Assembly: GCF_018350175.1 (NCBI RefSeq)
Contig: NC_058381.1
Span: 1,798,001-1,862,000, forward strand
Length of the DNA: 64,000 nucleotides
Reading direction: 5' to 3'
DNA from: Felis catus
Taxonomy: Eukaryota
Made by a program: the position numbers and the translations under genes. The number at the start of each line of letters is the position of its first letter. Position 1 is the stretch's first letter. Of the stretch, positions 1-13,084 are shown piece after piece. The notes below the pieces were generated by a model. It was not told the DNA's origin and searched no databases. It saw only the letters and a program-made list of their open reading frames with translations.

Positions 1-1319
1 TCATCAGCGAACGGTGCGGACGAGCACATCCAGGGAGAGCGCCATGCCGGACGGCAGGGTAAGACCCCAGGCGAGCGGCGTCCCCAGGAGTGAGCGACGG
101 GAGCATTCCTTCACTCAAACTCTGAGCACCAGGGCTGGGCACGACAGGCTGGGTTCAAGGAAGACCACCAACCCCCGCTCACACCCGGCTCGACGTAAGA
201 AAAGAGGGGGCTTTAGACGGGAGCGCGAGGGCACTCTGGACAGACCCTGAGAGGGGACGGAGTACGTGTGGCCTCGTCTAGGTCGTACACAGAAGACAGA
301 GAAAACGTCCATCTGTCTTTGGGATCCGGCACAAAGACTGGTGATCTGGGGACAAAGCCCTGACAGGTGGACCTAAGTCACCATGCCCACCGGCCACCAG
401 AGGCCTCTGCGACCTGGATGCTGACCCGCGAGGCAGGCCTCCGTGTGCCGAGGGGCTCTCTGCCCTCCCGTCCTCCCGGGTGACCTGACTGCCAAGCCCA
501 CCTCCGTCTCCCCTTGAAGGCCAATGACGCGGCCGCACGTGGCGTGGAAAAGGGAAGGCCAGGGAGCGGGGCAGCCCTCCGTGCCGGCCACCTCTACTCT
601 GAGAAACCCAACTCGACTCTGCGTCACCCTCCGAGTCTGGTGTGTGGACACCACACCGGGGACACGGCCTGCCCGGGCTCCAGGAGGCCCAGGAGGCTGT
701 CATCAAAGGGGCCTCAAGGGCCGCTCAGGGTTTCCTACGGCCCATCCCCCCTCCGAAGAGACCTCGGAATACACCACCCGACACTCGGATCGTCCCTCTG
801 TCCACGTCCGAGCCTTGGGCACCCAGAAAGGTTGCTGGCGCTGTGCGAACACAGGTGTGTGGAACCGAGCCCCCGGGCAGAGCGGCACCCCCCGCGGGCC
901 ACCCCCGCGAACGGCGAGGTGCGGGGCCCACGGGACCGGCACAGGGCGGGTTTCTTCCTCCCCTTTAACACGCGCAGAGATGCTGCCGCGTTTTGTTACC
1001 GTCGTCCCCCGAATGGCCTTCCCACCTTCCTCCAGCCCCTGCCCTGGGCCCCCAGGATGAGGAGTCGGAGCCGGTACGGGCGCCACGGTGGGTCCAGGCC
1101 GAGCCGGAAAGCGGGAGGCGGCCAGAAGCACTGACAACAGGAGAGAGACCCTTGGCTTCTCTTCCCGCTGCCTCGTCCGCCACTGATTCCTGCACCACTT
1201 GGCGCGTATCCGTGTCAGGCCTGGCGCCTCCTGGGAGGCGGGCGGGCGGGCGAGGGGTCAGCTCTCCCGACTCAACCAGTGAGGCACCTGCTGCGTCAGG
1301 CCAGCTCCACTCCACACAC

Positions 1320-1480
1320 GCACAAAGGGTGCAGGCAGGAATGGTGGGTCCCGGGCCGGGGTTCACGTTTCATGGGGACAGACGGGTGTGGACATGGGCA
1401 CCAGGGACGGCTGCACGGCGCGCTTAACACGGCTAAAATGCTCCATTTTGTGCCTGTTTAGCTGTGATAAAAAACATTTT
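1320..1480 (+). mobile_element. Old L1M(B)-type 3' end fragment, strongly GC-shifted
   Basis: Follows the remembered L1MB 3' tail (…GGTTGCACAAC…AATGGTTAAAATG…TTTTATG…AATAAAAA) with many A/T-to-G/C changes. Confidence 0.5.
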
Positions 1481-2818
1481 TAAGGCAGGAGTGAGAGTCC
1501 TCCTCTCTTCCTGCTGAAGGACAAGCCTCTCTGAGTCCGTCTACTCTCCTCTGAACCCAATCTCCTGGATTCCCGTGAGTGTCCTTCCCTCCTGTCGTCA
1601 GTGCTCCACCCGGCAGCCCAGCACCCACGAATCTCCGCCAGTTCCGGGCACGGGCCCCGGGAAGCCAGCACTGCTGGCATGTGCCCGCCAACGCCAGCCC
1701 CCCACAGCCCCCAGAGGCTCGGGCTGGCGCCCCACTCCCGCTTCTCGAAACACGCCCCACGTCTAGGAACAGAGCCTGTCCTCTGTCGAGACACAAATCC
1801 GGACCGCGTGCCCCTCAACGGCTGCAGGCAGTCCTCGCGCAGGCTGCCTCCGTCCACGACGCGGGCCACGCTCCCCGAGCCTCCGAACAGCGTGAGCACA
1901 GACACAGGGACAGCGGTGTGTTCCCACGAGAGGTCGCGAGGCCTGCTCGCTGCACCCACGCGTTCACGATGAAAGTCAGGAGGAAACACCGCTCTCAAAG
2001 CACACGGCCTAGGACGTGGGCCACACAGGGCCCTCTCTCCCCCACGCACCGCCAGGCCCTGCCTCCCGGAGCAGGCAGCCAACGGCACAGGAGCCAACAC
2101 GCTCGGGCTCCGCAGTGAGTCAGACCCGAGTCCCACCCCGGGATCCGCCGTTTACTGGCCGTCCGGCCCCAGAGAGGTCCGCGGACTCCCTTCCATGAGC
2201 CCTGGCGTGTTCGACCGGGGCGGGCGACGAGGGGAGAGTCGCCCACTCCCAAGGACTCTGGGAGGGACGGTGAGATTACACGAGGAGAGAACCAACTGCG
2301 CTGCGAGGACTGCTTACCGGTCTCACCCACACCCTTCTGCAGCGACCCCACGCCCAGGTATAAAGGACTCGTACTGGAACAGCCTGAGCTCCGAACCGAA
2401 GTAAGAGAAAGGAGCATGTGGGGGTCTAGGGACAAGGGAACCGACAGGCCTCGGAGCCACATGCTGTCCCTTCCCCCAACCCAGGGCTGTGGGACACGTG
2501 GGCCCAGGGGGGTTCTGGTGTGAAGAACCCGTCGAGGCCAGAGGGTCTCCAAGCCATGGTGAGACCAGCCCAGCCCATCGAGCTGTGCTGTCCTAAGGTC
2601 CAGGGGCAGCGGGAAGCGGACGGCAGCCCTGTCCCTCGGCTTCCCCCACCTGTCCCCGTCACTGCGCTGTCCCCCGTCACTCACCCACCCCCAGGGGGCC
2701 GTTCTCCCCCAGAGCACACCCTAGGAAGGCTGCCTTCCTCCCTCTGCAATCTGAGAGGACGTTCGCACGCACCTCTGTCTTCGAGGCAACAACTGGAGAA
2801 CAGAAAGACCAGAGAGGA

Positions 2819-3013
2819 GGGCGCCTGGGTGTCCCAGTCGGTTGAGGGACCAACTCTCGATTTTGGCTCCGGTCGTGATCTCAGGGTGTGGGATCGAGCC
2901 CCGTGTGGGGCTCCATGCTGAGCACGGAGCCTGCTTGAGATTCTCTCTCTCTCCCTCTGCCCCTCCCGTGCTCTGACACACACACATGCCCTCTGTAAGT
3001 AAAACAATTTAAA
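2819..3013 (+). mobile_element. CAN-SINE
   Basis: GGGCGCCTGGGTG head, (CT)n tract, A-rich tail. Confidence 0.85.
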
Positions 3014-4192
3014 GCACTGGAAAAGAGAAAGACGGGAGAGGAAAGAGAAGTGCGCTAGCCTCCTCTCCCAGACACCGTGGGCACCCGCTCCTGCCGCTGA
3101 CGCCTGGGCTCTGGAGCGCCCCTGCCTCTTTTCTCGAAGACTCTTTCCTGAGCCGCTCAGAATTAAGGACCGAGTACGACACGCGCTTCAGCCACCTTCT
3201 CACAAATGGGCCTTGAGAGAAAGAGCGGGTGGGTGGTAAAGAGAGAACATGAGAATCTTCTTCCTCCCGGTCTGGCTTGGAGCCTGCCCATTTTACCTTC
3301 GGAGGTGTGCTGGCAGACAAATAAAAGCTGTCAGGGGAGGCGTGTGCCATGCAGAAGTCATTTACTGCCTACGTCCCTCTCTCCACCCAGAAGGCAGCGA
3401 AGGAGGGACTTCACGGCAGAAAGCTGTGCCTTCCCGAGCCCACGCCAGGTTCACAAGAGGCACTACGGGCAACCTGGGCGGAGGGACCAGTGTCCCCCGT
3501 GCTGCGGACACCGGCCCCACACGCTGATGCCGTTAGAGGTTCCCGGATACAGTGACAGTGACACCCAAACACCCCTGGAAGGCAGGTCCTCCTGCCGTGG
3601 GGACGCTTCCCGGGGAGTCCGAGGCCTTCCGGCCCCCTCCCCTGCCCACCATCTCCATCTTTCCTGGGCACGGTCTCCTCGGTTCCGTCCGTCCTCGCCA
3701 TCTCTCTCCAGAGGCCGCCGCCCTCCCCGCACTGTGGCTGCCCCAGCCCTTTCCGTTGGCGACACGCGGAGTCGGGAACACTCCCCCTGCGCACCCCACT
3801 CACCCTTCACTGGCACACAGCGTCAGCTGAGAACCTCGTCTGTTTATACACAGGGTCTACTAACGGGGAGAACCCCACTTCCCACGGCTGGCCGAAGCGA
3901 GGCCCGGGGCTGGGCCTGTCCATGCCCACTTCTGGGGGACGCCCCCACCTTCCAGCCCCAGACACCGCTCAGCTCACTGCAACTGGGGACACCCTCCCCT
4001 CCCCTACAGGTGACTGCGCGAGAAGACGGAAACGCTAATTACCGGACGGTGGCGATCATTTCACCGAGAGTGCATACGTCGCGACTTCACGTTGTTTGCC
4101 TCGAGTCTGTACCACTGTCACCAACCTAAAATCACACATCTAGGGACAACCCTCACACTCCTGCTGTAGACAACAGGCACGCTCACTCGTAG

Positions 4193-4193
<1 letters not shown>

Positions 4194-4226
<33 letters not shown>
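4194..4226 (+). repeat. (CA)n microsatellite
   Basis: Direct observation. Confidence 0.95.
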
Positions 4227-4227
<1 letters not shown>

Positions 4228-5360
4228 CACGCAGAGATCCTCCCTCAATAAACAAACACGAGGGTCCTAGGAGTCACGGGCCCGTCCCATATACGTGCCC
4301 TAACCCTTCAAAATAAACTTCTTTCTCCCCCCCCGCACGGGAAGGCTCAGAAGAAATCCTTGTGGAAATGAAGCCTGGAGGCCCCGGGCCCTCGGCTGTC
4401 AACCGAACGCTCCACGCGAAGAACTGCCCCGTTCCAGGGTCTCCCAACTCCGGCCATCGCCAAACTCCTCCCGCTGGTGCCCCCTATTCCTTCTCGGTGC
4501 TGCCAGCTCGCTTTTCTGACCTGGGACCTGTCGGTCCCTCAATCAACCACCAAACACTTTCGTCTTATGAAAAGTAAGAAAGATTCTTGTCATATGCTCT
4601 CGCGGCCCGCTAAAGTTCTCTGCCACGGCCTTTATCGTGGTTTGTGATGACGCACGTGCATAACTACGTACATGGCCATTTTAGTAATGCCTCTCCCCAC
4701 TCCTAGACTGTAGCAAAGCCACGTCTACCCTGTGCCTCAATGTGACCTCTGTGCCTAGTTCTAGATCTTTCCTCAAACAAAACAAGAAACCTCCCCCACA
4801 GTTAGCAAGTACATCCTCGGGCTGCCTGGCCACCAGACTAAATCTCCAGGGGCTCCCAGGGCCAGTGTAATTCCAGACCTTCCTTTTCTCCTCCCTCCAC
4901 ATTCCCTACCCTTCTAAAGAACAAAAACCCTCAAGAACCCCCTCAATTAGCCTCTGGAGGTGCTTCCTGTAGATGGCAGAACCCCAGACTCAAGTCAAGG
5001 ACCGGCTGGTGAGGAGACCAGCAGGAAGGACAGGATGGAAGAGAAGGGAACGTGGTGCTTTCACCAAGTGAAGTTTCTAATGTTCCTATATTCCGTGCGC
5101 ATTCAGGAAACGGTCTGAAAGTCGACTTATTAACCTGGTTACTTTTCATTCGATTCCTTAAACGTAGGAAGAGACTGAGGGAGTCGGGGATGTAAAGGGG
5201 ATGCTTGGGGAAGAGAAAGGACTTGAGATTCAAGATGACCGCACACGGGACAAGGGAAAATGAGGAGAATCCCCGGGAATCAGAACTGACAAAAACTTCC
5301 AGACCTTGAGGATTCCAAGATACTGAGGAGAGCAGTAACGGTTAAGAAAGGGGGAGCTTT

Positions 5361-5534
5361 GGGGCGCCTGGGTGGCTCAGGGGGCTGCACGTCCGACTTC
5401 GACTCTGGTCACGGATCGCACGGCTCGGGAGCTCACGCCCCGCGTCAGGCTCTCTGCTGCCAGCGTGGAATCTGCTTGGGATCCTCAGCCTCCCTCTCTC
5501 TCAAAATAAATAAATACACCTTAAAGGAAACAAA
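5361..5534 (+). mobile_element. CAN-SINE with 14-bp TSD
   Basis: AAGAAAGGGGGAGC at 5344-5357 and 5535-5548. Confidence 0.9.
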
Positions 5535-8415
5535 AAGAAAGGGGGAGCCTGAGCCTGTGGAAGCATGTCTAGGCTGAATGCCCCCAGAGCTCTGAGTCAA
5601 CAGCTGAGTGCGGCCCCGAGGCCGATGTCACACCCTTCCCGGAGCACCTGGAACCTGGTGCCCGCCAATGCTCGGTGACTGCGGCAGGAAGGTCCTGTAC
5701 AACTTTGGACACGGCACCGTTAGTCAGGCCGACTCTTGGATGGCTTCTGGAGATGCTCTCTGGCCCCAGAGCTGTTTGATGTTTCTGGGTTGAGAGATTA
5801 CCACATTCCTCATTCATAGACCGATGCCCGGGGACAAGCCTATAAAGGGCGTCCCACATACTTCCTGCCGTCTCGTCCCCCAAATGACGGGAGGACACTG
5901 TACGTATCAAGCCGTCCAAAGGTGAAAGGAACGGAGGCCGGGTGCGAAATCCGGGCGTTGACTGAGCTCCTGGGGCGAGTGTGAGGGGGGTGCTGCCGCC
6001 CCTCCCGCTGCCCGCAACCTGTCCCGTCCTGTCCATGGCAGGAAGGGGGCAGTGGCCGAACACCTGGCTCCAGCCGAGCTCTCTGTGGCCTCCCCTCCGT
6101 GGGCTCAAGCGGCACCGTGGGCTCCCCAACGGCCCCGCCTCCCCCTGCAGTTTTCCAGGGAAAGAGTCACTACTTAAGTTACTTGGGGCTGCAGGGGGTC
6201 GGTGTGCCTGGGGCACCCACCGCCAGCGTCTGGGCAGCTAGCACATCGGAACACGGGTGGGTCCCCCCGGGAACACGTGCCCGGAGCCGCCACTCTCCCA
6301 GGGCGCCGGCCCCACAGCCTCGCGCGGAGAGAAGGAAGGGGAAGGAGAGACACAACGACACAAAATCATCCAAAAAAGAACACCTCTGGCAGCATTACTA
6401 CCCATCAACCAGTCCCTCTTCACTGGGCTCCGTGACGTCGTTTCAACCCAGCGACACGGGGGGCGGCTCCAGAGTTCCAAGGACCCTGCCGTCTGAAACT
6501 TCCAGCTGGCCGCACGGGAAAGAGAAGCTGTTTGATTTGGGAGGTGGGTCACCCACAAGGAGCAACGCAGAAAGGAAAGAGGTCGGCCTGGGGGTTGCTC
6601 CTCCCTCATCCCGTCCACTTTACTGATTTCTACCCTTTGCGAGAAGCCAAGAGCCACAAGTCAGAAGATTCTCCTGGAACATAACCAAGCTTGGACACGG
6701 AGAGGGTCTGAGGCAAGAGGCCCATATTTTCTCTTGGCAGATCCTAATTTTACTCCAAGGGCATCGCTCGGATGGAAGCTTCCAGAACTCTGTGCACCAC
6801 CAGACAAAGCCTGATTCCAAAAACAACTCAGCAAAGATGTTCTTAATTGTGTGTCTCCAAGAGAGGGGCAAGAGGAACCCTAACAAGCGTGACATTTATT
6901 GAATGCTTTCTCTGAGCGAGCATTGTGCTAGGGGACCGTCACTTGTCGGAATACGCGTTTATTCAACAAACACTGAACCCCCCTTATGTGCAAAACAGGC
7001 CCCGGAAAGGCAAAGATGAGCAAAACAGTCAAAAATCCTAGCTCTCGCCGAACCTGTCGATAAAAACAAACGTGCACGTCAGCTGACGACAATGAACGTG
7101 ATGAAGGACGGTAAAAGCCAACTAAGGGAACGCTATATAAAACCTGCGTAAAAATACAGCAGGCCAAGGAGCGTTAGTCCAGATACAGCTGTGCTGGGGG
7201 GCTGCTGTGACTGCCGTCTGATGACAGCAACGACGGTAAGGGCCGCCACACGGGCCCCCTGGGCCGGGAGCTGGACCCGGGACTTAATGCGCAGAACTCT
7301 GGCAGCAACTCTCGACTTGGGCACCATTACTGTCCCCACGTAGAGCTGGGAGGAAAGGCTCTTTGCTGCCAGTCGGGGGCCAAGGTGACTCTGAGTGAGG
7401 AAGCCCCTAGGCTGGTGGGGTGTCAGAGAGGTCCAGCGAGCCCGTGGAGCCCGAGGTCACCCCGGGGCGGGTCCACTGGCCTCTCCCCGCGGTGCTGGGA
7501 GTGCGGGCAGGCCGACCTTCCCCTACGCCAGACTGTTACTCTCAGCACCAGCTGCGAACCACGCCTTAGCTCGAAACCAGAGAGAGACAACCCGGGCCCT
7601 CCAGGCCTGCTCAAAAGGGCTGGACGTGGTCCTCTCCCAGCCCCTCCCCGGGCCCCCAACACAAGATGGTGCAGGCCAGGGAGACCAGGTGTCGCCGCTA
7701 ATTCTCCGGGTCGCCGTTTGTCACTGGAAAACCGGGACAAAACAAGAGATGAGCCACCCACAGCCGCTCGCTCTCCAGGAGGTGGGGTGCTCGCTCTGCA
7801 GGAGGTGGGGCGGAGGGGGCAGGCACTGCGAAAAGGTCAGCAGCGAGGAGAAGGCAGGCCCTCCCTAGCTCCTTTTCCAAGAAAGCCCCCTCCCCCTCCT
7901 GCCCTGGAGTAGTGGGGTGGGAGGGGGAGGGGAGCACTTCCTTATGCAGGAGGCAAGAAAGCAGGTGTGAGGCCTCTCCTGAGAGGAAGGAGAGGAGAAT
8001 CGGGCAGGAGGCTAGCGTGGCTTCTAGCAGAGAAATCCAGAAGGGAAATGCCACGTCCAAGGTCAGATTTGCAGAGTGGCTGGAAATCCCAGGCTAGGGG
8101 TCCAGGCCAAACTACCAAGAGGCCAAAGGGAAAGAGAAGCCCAAGCAGAGTCCCACAGGGAAGAAACCAAAGGTCACGGTTTGGACCCTCCCGGTGTTTC
8201 TTGCATGTCAGTCCCCGCAGCCACGGGAGCCTGTGGCCAGAGTTAATCAACAACCAAGGTGGGGAGGGAAGATGGGGGTTCATCCTAGGGCACAGCCCGT
8301 TACGGGGGGCTTGCAACTGCACCTTGTCCTACTCCACCTGGATATCAGCTGAGTATCCCAGTTCAAACTGACCCTCAGAAGTTCCCTCCTAAAGCCTTCA
8401 GACCCTCTGCCGGCC

Positions 8416-8416
<1 letters not shown>

Positions 8417-8475
<59 letters not shown>

Positions 8476-8477
8476 CC
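8417..8477 (+). repeat. (CA)n microsatellite
   Basis: Direct observation. Confidence 0.95.
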
Positions 8478-9823
8478 CCAATACTTAGTCTCCCTCCTGA
8501 GCAACTGTTCATCACCTTCTCTCCAGCAAGGCAGGAGAGAACACTGAACTGGCCCAACATTGCACCAAACAAATTATGACCTGAATGTCGAGAGAAACTG
8601 TGTCACCTAGAGAGACCCAATTAACGACATGACTCTGCTCTCCTCAATTCTCCTCTCCCCTCCGGGCGTATCCGGGGCACCCGTGTGGTTGACCGCCTTT
8701 TCCCACTACTGGCCACGTTCCCCGGCGAACTCCAAAGCCAGACACCAAACCCGGGCCTCCTGAGAAGCCCAACCCCGAGAGGGGAAATCCTGCGCTCCGC
8801 ACACCTGGGCCTGTGGAGGAAGCCGGAAGGACACCGGACAGAAAGCGCACCTGGGTGGCGGTCTGGAGTGTTCACCTTGAGATCACTAAGTTGCTCCTTA
8901 AGCCAGCGCTGCGAGCAGAACAAACGAACAAACGCGGCCGACCAGCTCCCAAATGAGGGCGTGCACGTGCCCTTTTCTGGTTAGCCCCTCCCTGGAGACC
9001 CCATCACCTCCCCCTTCCCTCCAGCACACGCAGACATGCCCGCTGCCATCCCGACCTCCCCACCGACCACACGCATGTGTGTGTACATGCACAGAAACAT
9101 CCTCTCCCCAGCCCGAGCCTGGGTTTCTTTAGGGAACCAGCGCGTCCCCCCTCCCCCCTGCACTTGTCTCGGCTCCAGCCCCACACCGCTGCAGAGTTGG
9201 TAATGTAATATGCGGGGACCCTGAGGCCGGAAATGCCTGGTTCTGGGCTGCTGCACTCGAAACGCGAGACCAGGCGTAGGGAGAGCCGCGCACGGGGACC
9301 ACGGCGGCCGCGGGGGGCGCGGGGTGCAGACGGAAAGGCTGAAATTCCGGCCAGGGAGGACGTGCCATTCAGGGGCGGGCGAGGAGGAGGAAGGGCGAGG
9401 AGGGGGAGGCTGTCGAGGCAGTTGCAAAGTGAAAATCCGAGGCGCCGAGAAAGGGGAGGAGGAGGAAGGAGACGCGAGCAGGGGCAAGGCTGGAAAGAGG
9501 CCGAGAGCGGGGACGGGGCCAGGGAGGGGCACCGCCGGCACGACCGTGCAGGTGGCGGGGCGAGGTCTGGGGGAAGCGGGGTGGGGGAAGGGGTCCGGGG
9601 CCCGAGTGCGGGCCGAGGCGGCGGGGGAGCGTGGGGGCGGGGCAGCACAGGGCGGGGACCGACCTGGCTCCCGGAATCCGCAGCGCGTGCACGGACAGGG
9701 GGGAAGCCAAGGGCGGGGGCCCCGCGGCGGGGGGCGCCCCGGGGGGCACGTGAGGCGCGCGGCCGCGCCGCTCCCCGGCGGCGGGGGCAGGAACCGGGGC
9801 GAGACTGGGGGCGGCGCGCTCAC

Positions 9824-9880
9824 CCGCAGGGCGGACAGGTCGATGTCGTCCAGGCTGCGGGCGGGGGCTGGGTCGCCCAT
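9824..9880 (-). CDS. MINK1: MINK1 (misshapen-like kinase 1, MAP4K6) coding exon 1; the gene continues beyond base 1
   Basis: ATG at 9880 (GCCATGG context) encodes MGDPAPARSLDDIDLSALR, the MINK1 N-terminus; 57 nt, phase-0 donor GTGAG at 9823; inside a CpG island; next to the PLD2 3' end as in human. Confidence 0.96.
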
Positions 9881-9912
9881 GGCCTCCGCGGGCAGCCGGG
9901 CCCCGGGGCCGC

Positions 9913-9963
9913 TCACGCGCCGGCTCGGTTATTCCGCTGCCGCCGTCGCCGCTTCTCCCCCAT
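9913..9963 (-). other. uORF in the MINK1 5' leader (MGEKRRRRQRNNRAGA*)
   Basis: ATG at 9963, TGA at 9915-9913, ending 32 nt before the main ATG; assumes the TSS is upstream of 9963. Confidence 0.6.
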
Positions 9964-10501
9964 CGGGGGGGATCCCGGGGGCGGACTCCGCCGCGCCTCC
10001 CCCGGAGGACGCGGAGGGGGAGGGCCGGCGGGAGGACCGACCCACCGACTGACAGGAGCTGGCGCCCGGTCCGCAACCCGAGCCTCCCGACTCTCCTGCG
10101 CAGGCGCGGAGCGGCCGCGCTCCGGGAGGGTGGACGAGGGAACGTGACGCGAGCGCGCCGGGTTCCCCTCCCCCTAGGCGCCGACACCTGCGCGCAGGCG
10201 CAGCAGAGAGAGGGAGCGCAAGGCGCGCGCGAGGACCGACCGACCGCGCGAGCCGGGCGAGAAGAAGTGGGCGGTGGCCGGGCGGCCGCGGAGCGCGCCC
10301 ACCGGCCGGTGCGCGTGCGCACACGCGTTTCCTTCCCTTCCCCTGTATTTTGCCCTCTCTCTCCCGCATTTCCTCCTTCGCTCTCCTTTGACGCTCTTCC
10401 TTCCCTTTTCCTCCTCTTTCGCGTGCCAGCTGCCAATCAAGCCACCCACCTCAATTTGCGGGGGAAGGGGGGCGGGACCTAGCCCCCCTATTACTAGGGG
10501 G

Positions 10502-10583
10502 GTTGTTATGGTAACTCCCCACGCGAGGGCTGGATGGCCTCTAGATAGGATGGGCTGTCCACCCACCTGATTGCCATGGCAAC
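10502..10583. promoter_or_regulatory. Two RFX X-box-like motifs upstream of MINK1
   Basis: GTTGTTATGGTAAC 10502-10515 and ATTGCCATGGCAAC 10570-10583 versus consensus GTTGCCATGGCAAC. Confidence 0.6.
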
Positions 10584-12085
10584 AGTGGAGCCGCCGAGGG
10601 AGGGGCCTCAGGGTGGGAATCTGGCTGGAGAAACCACGTGGGAGTTGGGCGGGGGTGCCGGCTGCCTCCGGAGTGCCCTTTACCCCCTTACCCGGCTGGG
10701 GGACCTCAGAGGGGACGGGGAATCCTACCGCACCCCTTTGTCTCTGCACCCCTCGTTCTGCGCAAAGGAGCTGTTTCAACAATTATTCATTGATCGCTGG
10801 AGCCGCGGGTGGGGGAAGGGGTAGCAGGGAGAGGAGGAGGAACCCACGTCCAACCTCTTAAAATCGTGCGCGGGTCACCTTGGGTCTGGTGTTGGCACAG
10901 CACCCCAGCCATTAGCCTCACGGGAGGCGGGGTGATGCTGTGAAAAGAAGGAGGAGTCGTGTTCCGCCACTGTCGTGCTGTGTGACCTTGAGTAAGTTGC
11001 TTTGCTTCTCTGGGCTTTTCTTTAACTGTGAAATTGAAGAGGAAGGCAGTTTGATCCTCGAGATCACTTCCAGCAACGGTATTGTCTCTGAAAGACTCCA
11101 CCAGCGCCAGCGGTCTTCACGCAAACATCATTTAGGAGAGTTAGAATGAAAAGTCCCCTTGGATAGGGGTTAACATCCTCCTTTCCGGACACTTCTCTTT
11201 GGCCCATTCGTATGCACATCCAGTTTTGCTCCCCTCCCCTCCTATTTACCTTGTCCAAGCCACAATCCCCACTTACCCCCATTACTCTTTAAAACCACCT
11301 GCTTGGTCTCCCTGCCTGGACCCTCTTAAGTCAATTTTCCATACCCACAGTGATTTTTCTGAAACTCACATCTGATGTCACTCATGTTTGAGACCCTTCG
11401 CTGCACCCCTCCCCTCTGCCTTTTGAATACAGTACGGCACCAAAGACCTTCAAGATTCTGCCTGCTTCTCCTGCCTTGTTTTTCACCACTCCACCATTCA
11501 GTCTCATATATTCTAGCCATGTTGGAATCTACTCACAGTGGCCAGAACGCAACAGACCCTCCTGCAGCTTGTGCACCCGCTGTTTCTTCTCCCTGGAATA
11601 TTCGGGCCATGCCCACTCTCACTGCGTTTTGCTTTGTCCTACGTGTGTCTAAGTCACCTCCTCCAGGAAGCCTTCCCTGACCCACTAGGGCTGAGTTTAG
11701 CTCTTCTGTTTTAGCTGCCTGGCTTCAATGCATGCTCACATTTGACACTTTTAAGTGTCTGTTGAATCTCCTTAAACGCAGCAGTCGTGTCAGCCTCGTT
11801 CAGTACAGGTCTTGGCACCCATTAGAGGTTCCGTATCACGTAAGTGAATGAAGCCCTCTGTTATCTGGGCAGGCGCTCATGCAAGATCAAAACCATGGGA
11901 GAGGGGGGAAAAAACGATTCGAAGTTAGTGCTTTGGACAGGTCATTAATCTCTCAGAGACTTAGAGATAATAGGGAGATTAATAAAGTAAAATTAGATAC
12001 GTAAAGCACTTGGCATATACTAGGTCTTTGATAAGTTTACTTATGCCCGACTCATAGGCAGTGTTTAATAAGGGATACTGAATTC

Positions 12086-12299
12086 GGGCACCTGGGTGGC
12101 TCAGTCGGTTAAGCGGCTGACTCTTGATTCCGGCTCAGGTCATGTTCTCACAGTTCATGAGTTGGAACCCCTCATCGGAGTGCGGAGGCTGCTTGGGATT
12201 CTCTCTCACTCTGTCTCCCTCTGGCCCTACCCAGCTTGTGCTCTCTCGCTCTCGCTCTCGCTCTCGCTCTCGCTCTCTTTCAATAAATATTAAAAAAAA
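12086..12299 (+). mobile_element. CAN-SINE whose (CT)n tract has become a (CTCTCG)n array
   Basis: SINE head and tail; hexamer repeats about 12243-12275. Confidence 0.85.
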
Positions 12300-12853
12300 G
12301 GGGGGGGGAGCTACTGAATCAATGAATGAGCAAATGAAGACCACAAGGATAGGATAGCCCTCAAACCTCAAAAGGCAGTGCAATCTGGAAGGTGCGAAGT
12401 GCAGAGAAACAGGACTGACCCCCTGTGCTCATAATTACTGAAGCTGGAGAAATTCAATGTACAGTGACCCTAATCTCCGCCTCCACAGAATAGTAATAGT
12501 GACCCCTAGTCCCATACACACATACACACGAATTATAAAGGATCCCCAGGTTGGTTTATTCCAGTTGTGAATCAGACACATTCTGTGCAGATCTTCACAT
12601 CTGATGGCTTCCAGAGAGGCTGACCTGCTGAACTTGTTTTCCTCGGGTTCCTTTAACAGTAACTGCTAGAACCTGAATACACTGCAGAATTGTCCCGGTC
12701 CTCAGAGTCATGCTCACTGTTTGCATGGCTCCTATGGAAGCATTCTGTCAGTTAACCTAGAGTTTAGTGGTTTCTTGAGATATTAAAAAAAAGACACCTC
12801 CTCCTCCGAGGACAAACGAAATCAATAAAGAACTGCTTGGCCCCAAACATTTA

Positions 12854-13084
12854 TTTTTTTTTTTAAACTTTTTTTTTCAACGTTTTTATTTTATTTTTGG
12901 GACAGAGAGAGACAGAGCATGAACGGGGGAGGGGCAGAGAGAGAGGGAGACACAGAATCGGAAACAGGCTCCAGGCTCCGAGCCATCAGCCCAGAGCCTG
13001 ACGCGGGGCTCGAACTCACGGACCGCGAGATCGTGACCTGAGCTGAAGTCGGACGCTTAACCGACTGCGCCACCCAGGCGCCCC
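12854..13084 (-). mobile_element. Young feline SINEC_Fc with perfect 15-bp TSD
   Basis: GGCCCCAAACATTTA at 12839-12853 and 13085-13099; CpGs intact. Confidence 0.95.

Larger units (their letters stand above)
9230..10480 (-). promoter_or_regulatory. CpG-island promoter / 5' region of MINK1
   Basis: Very GC/CpG-rich; NRF1-like TGCGCGTGCGCA 10310-10321, CCAAT 10433-10437, GC box about 10468-10477. Confidence 0.85.

Noticed and set aside
514-8371. Many 100-300-aa ORFs in MINK1 intron 1
   Set aside because: Expected from high GC; no recognisable homology or coherent splice structure
8981-10436. Several overlapping 200-355-aa ORFs at the MINK1 promoter
   Set aside because: Stop-poor CpG island; only 9824-9880 matches a known protein
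12540-12780. Unique sequence with AATAAA on - as a lncRNA terminal exon or retrocopy
   Set aside because: No poly(A) remnant, TSD or clear acceptor; a lone hexamer is not enough
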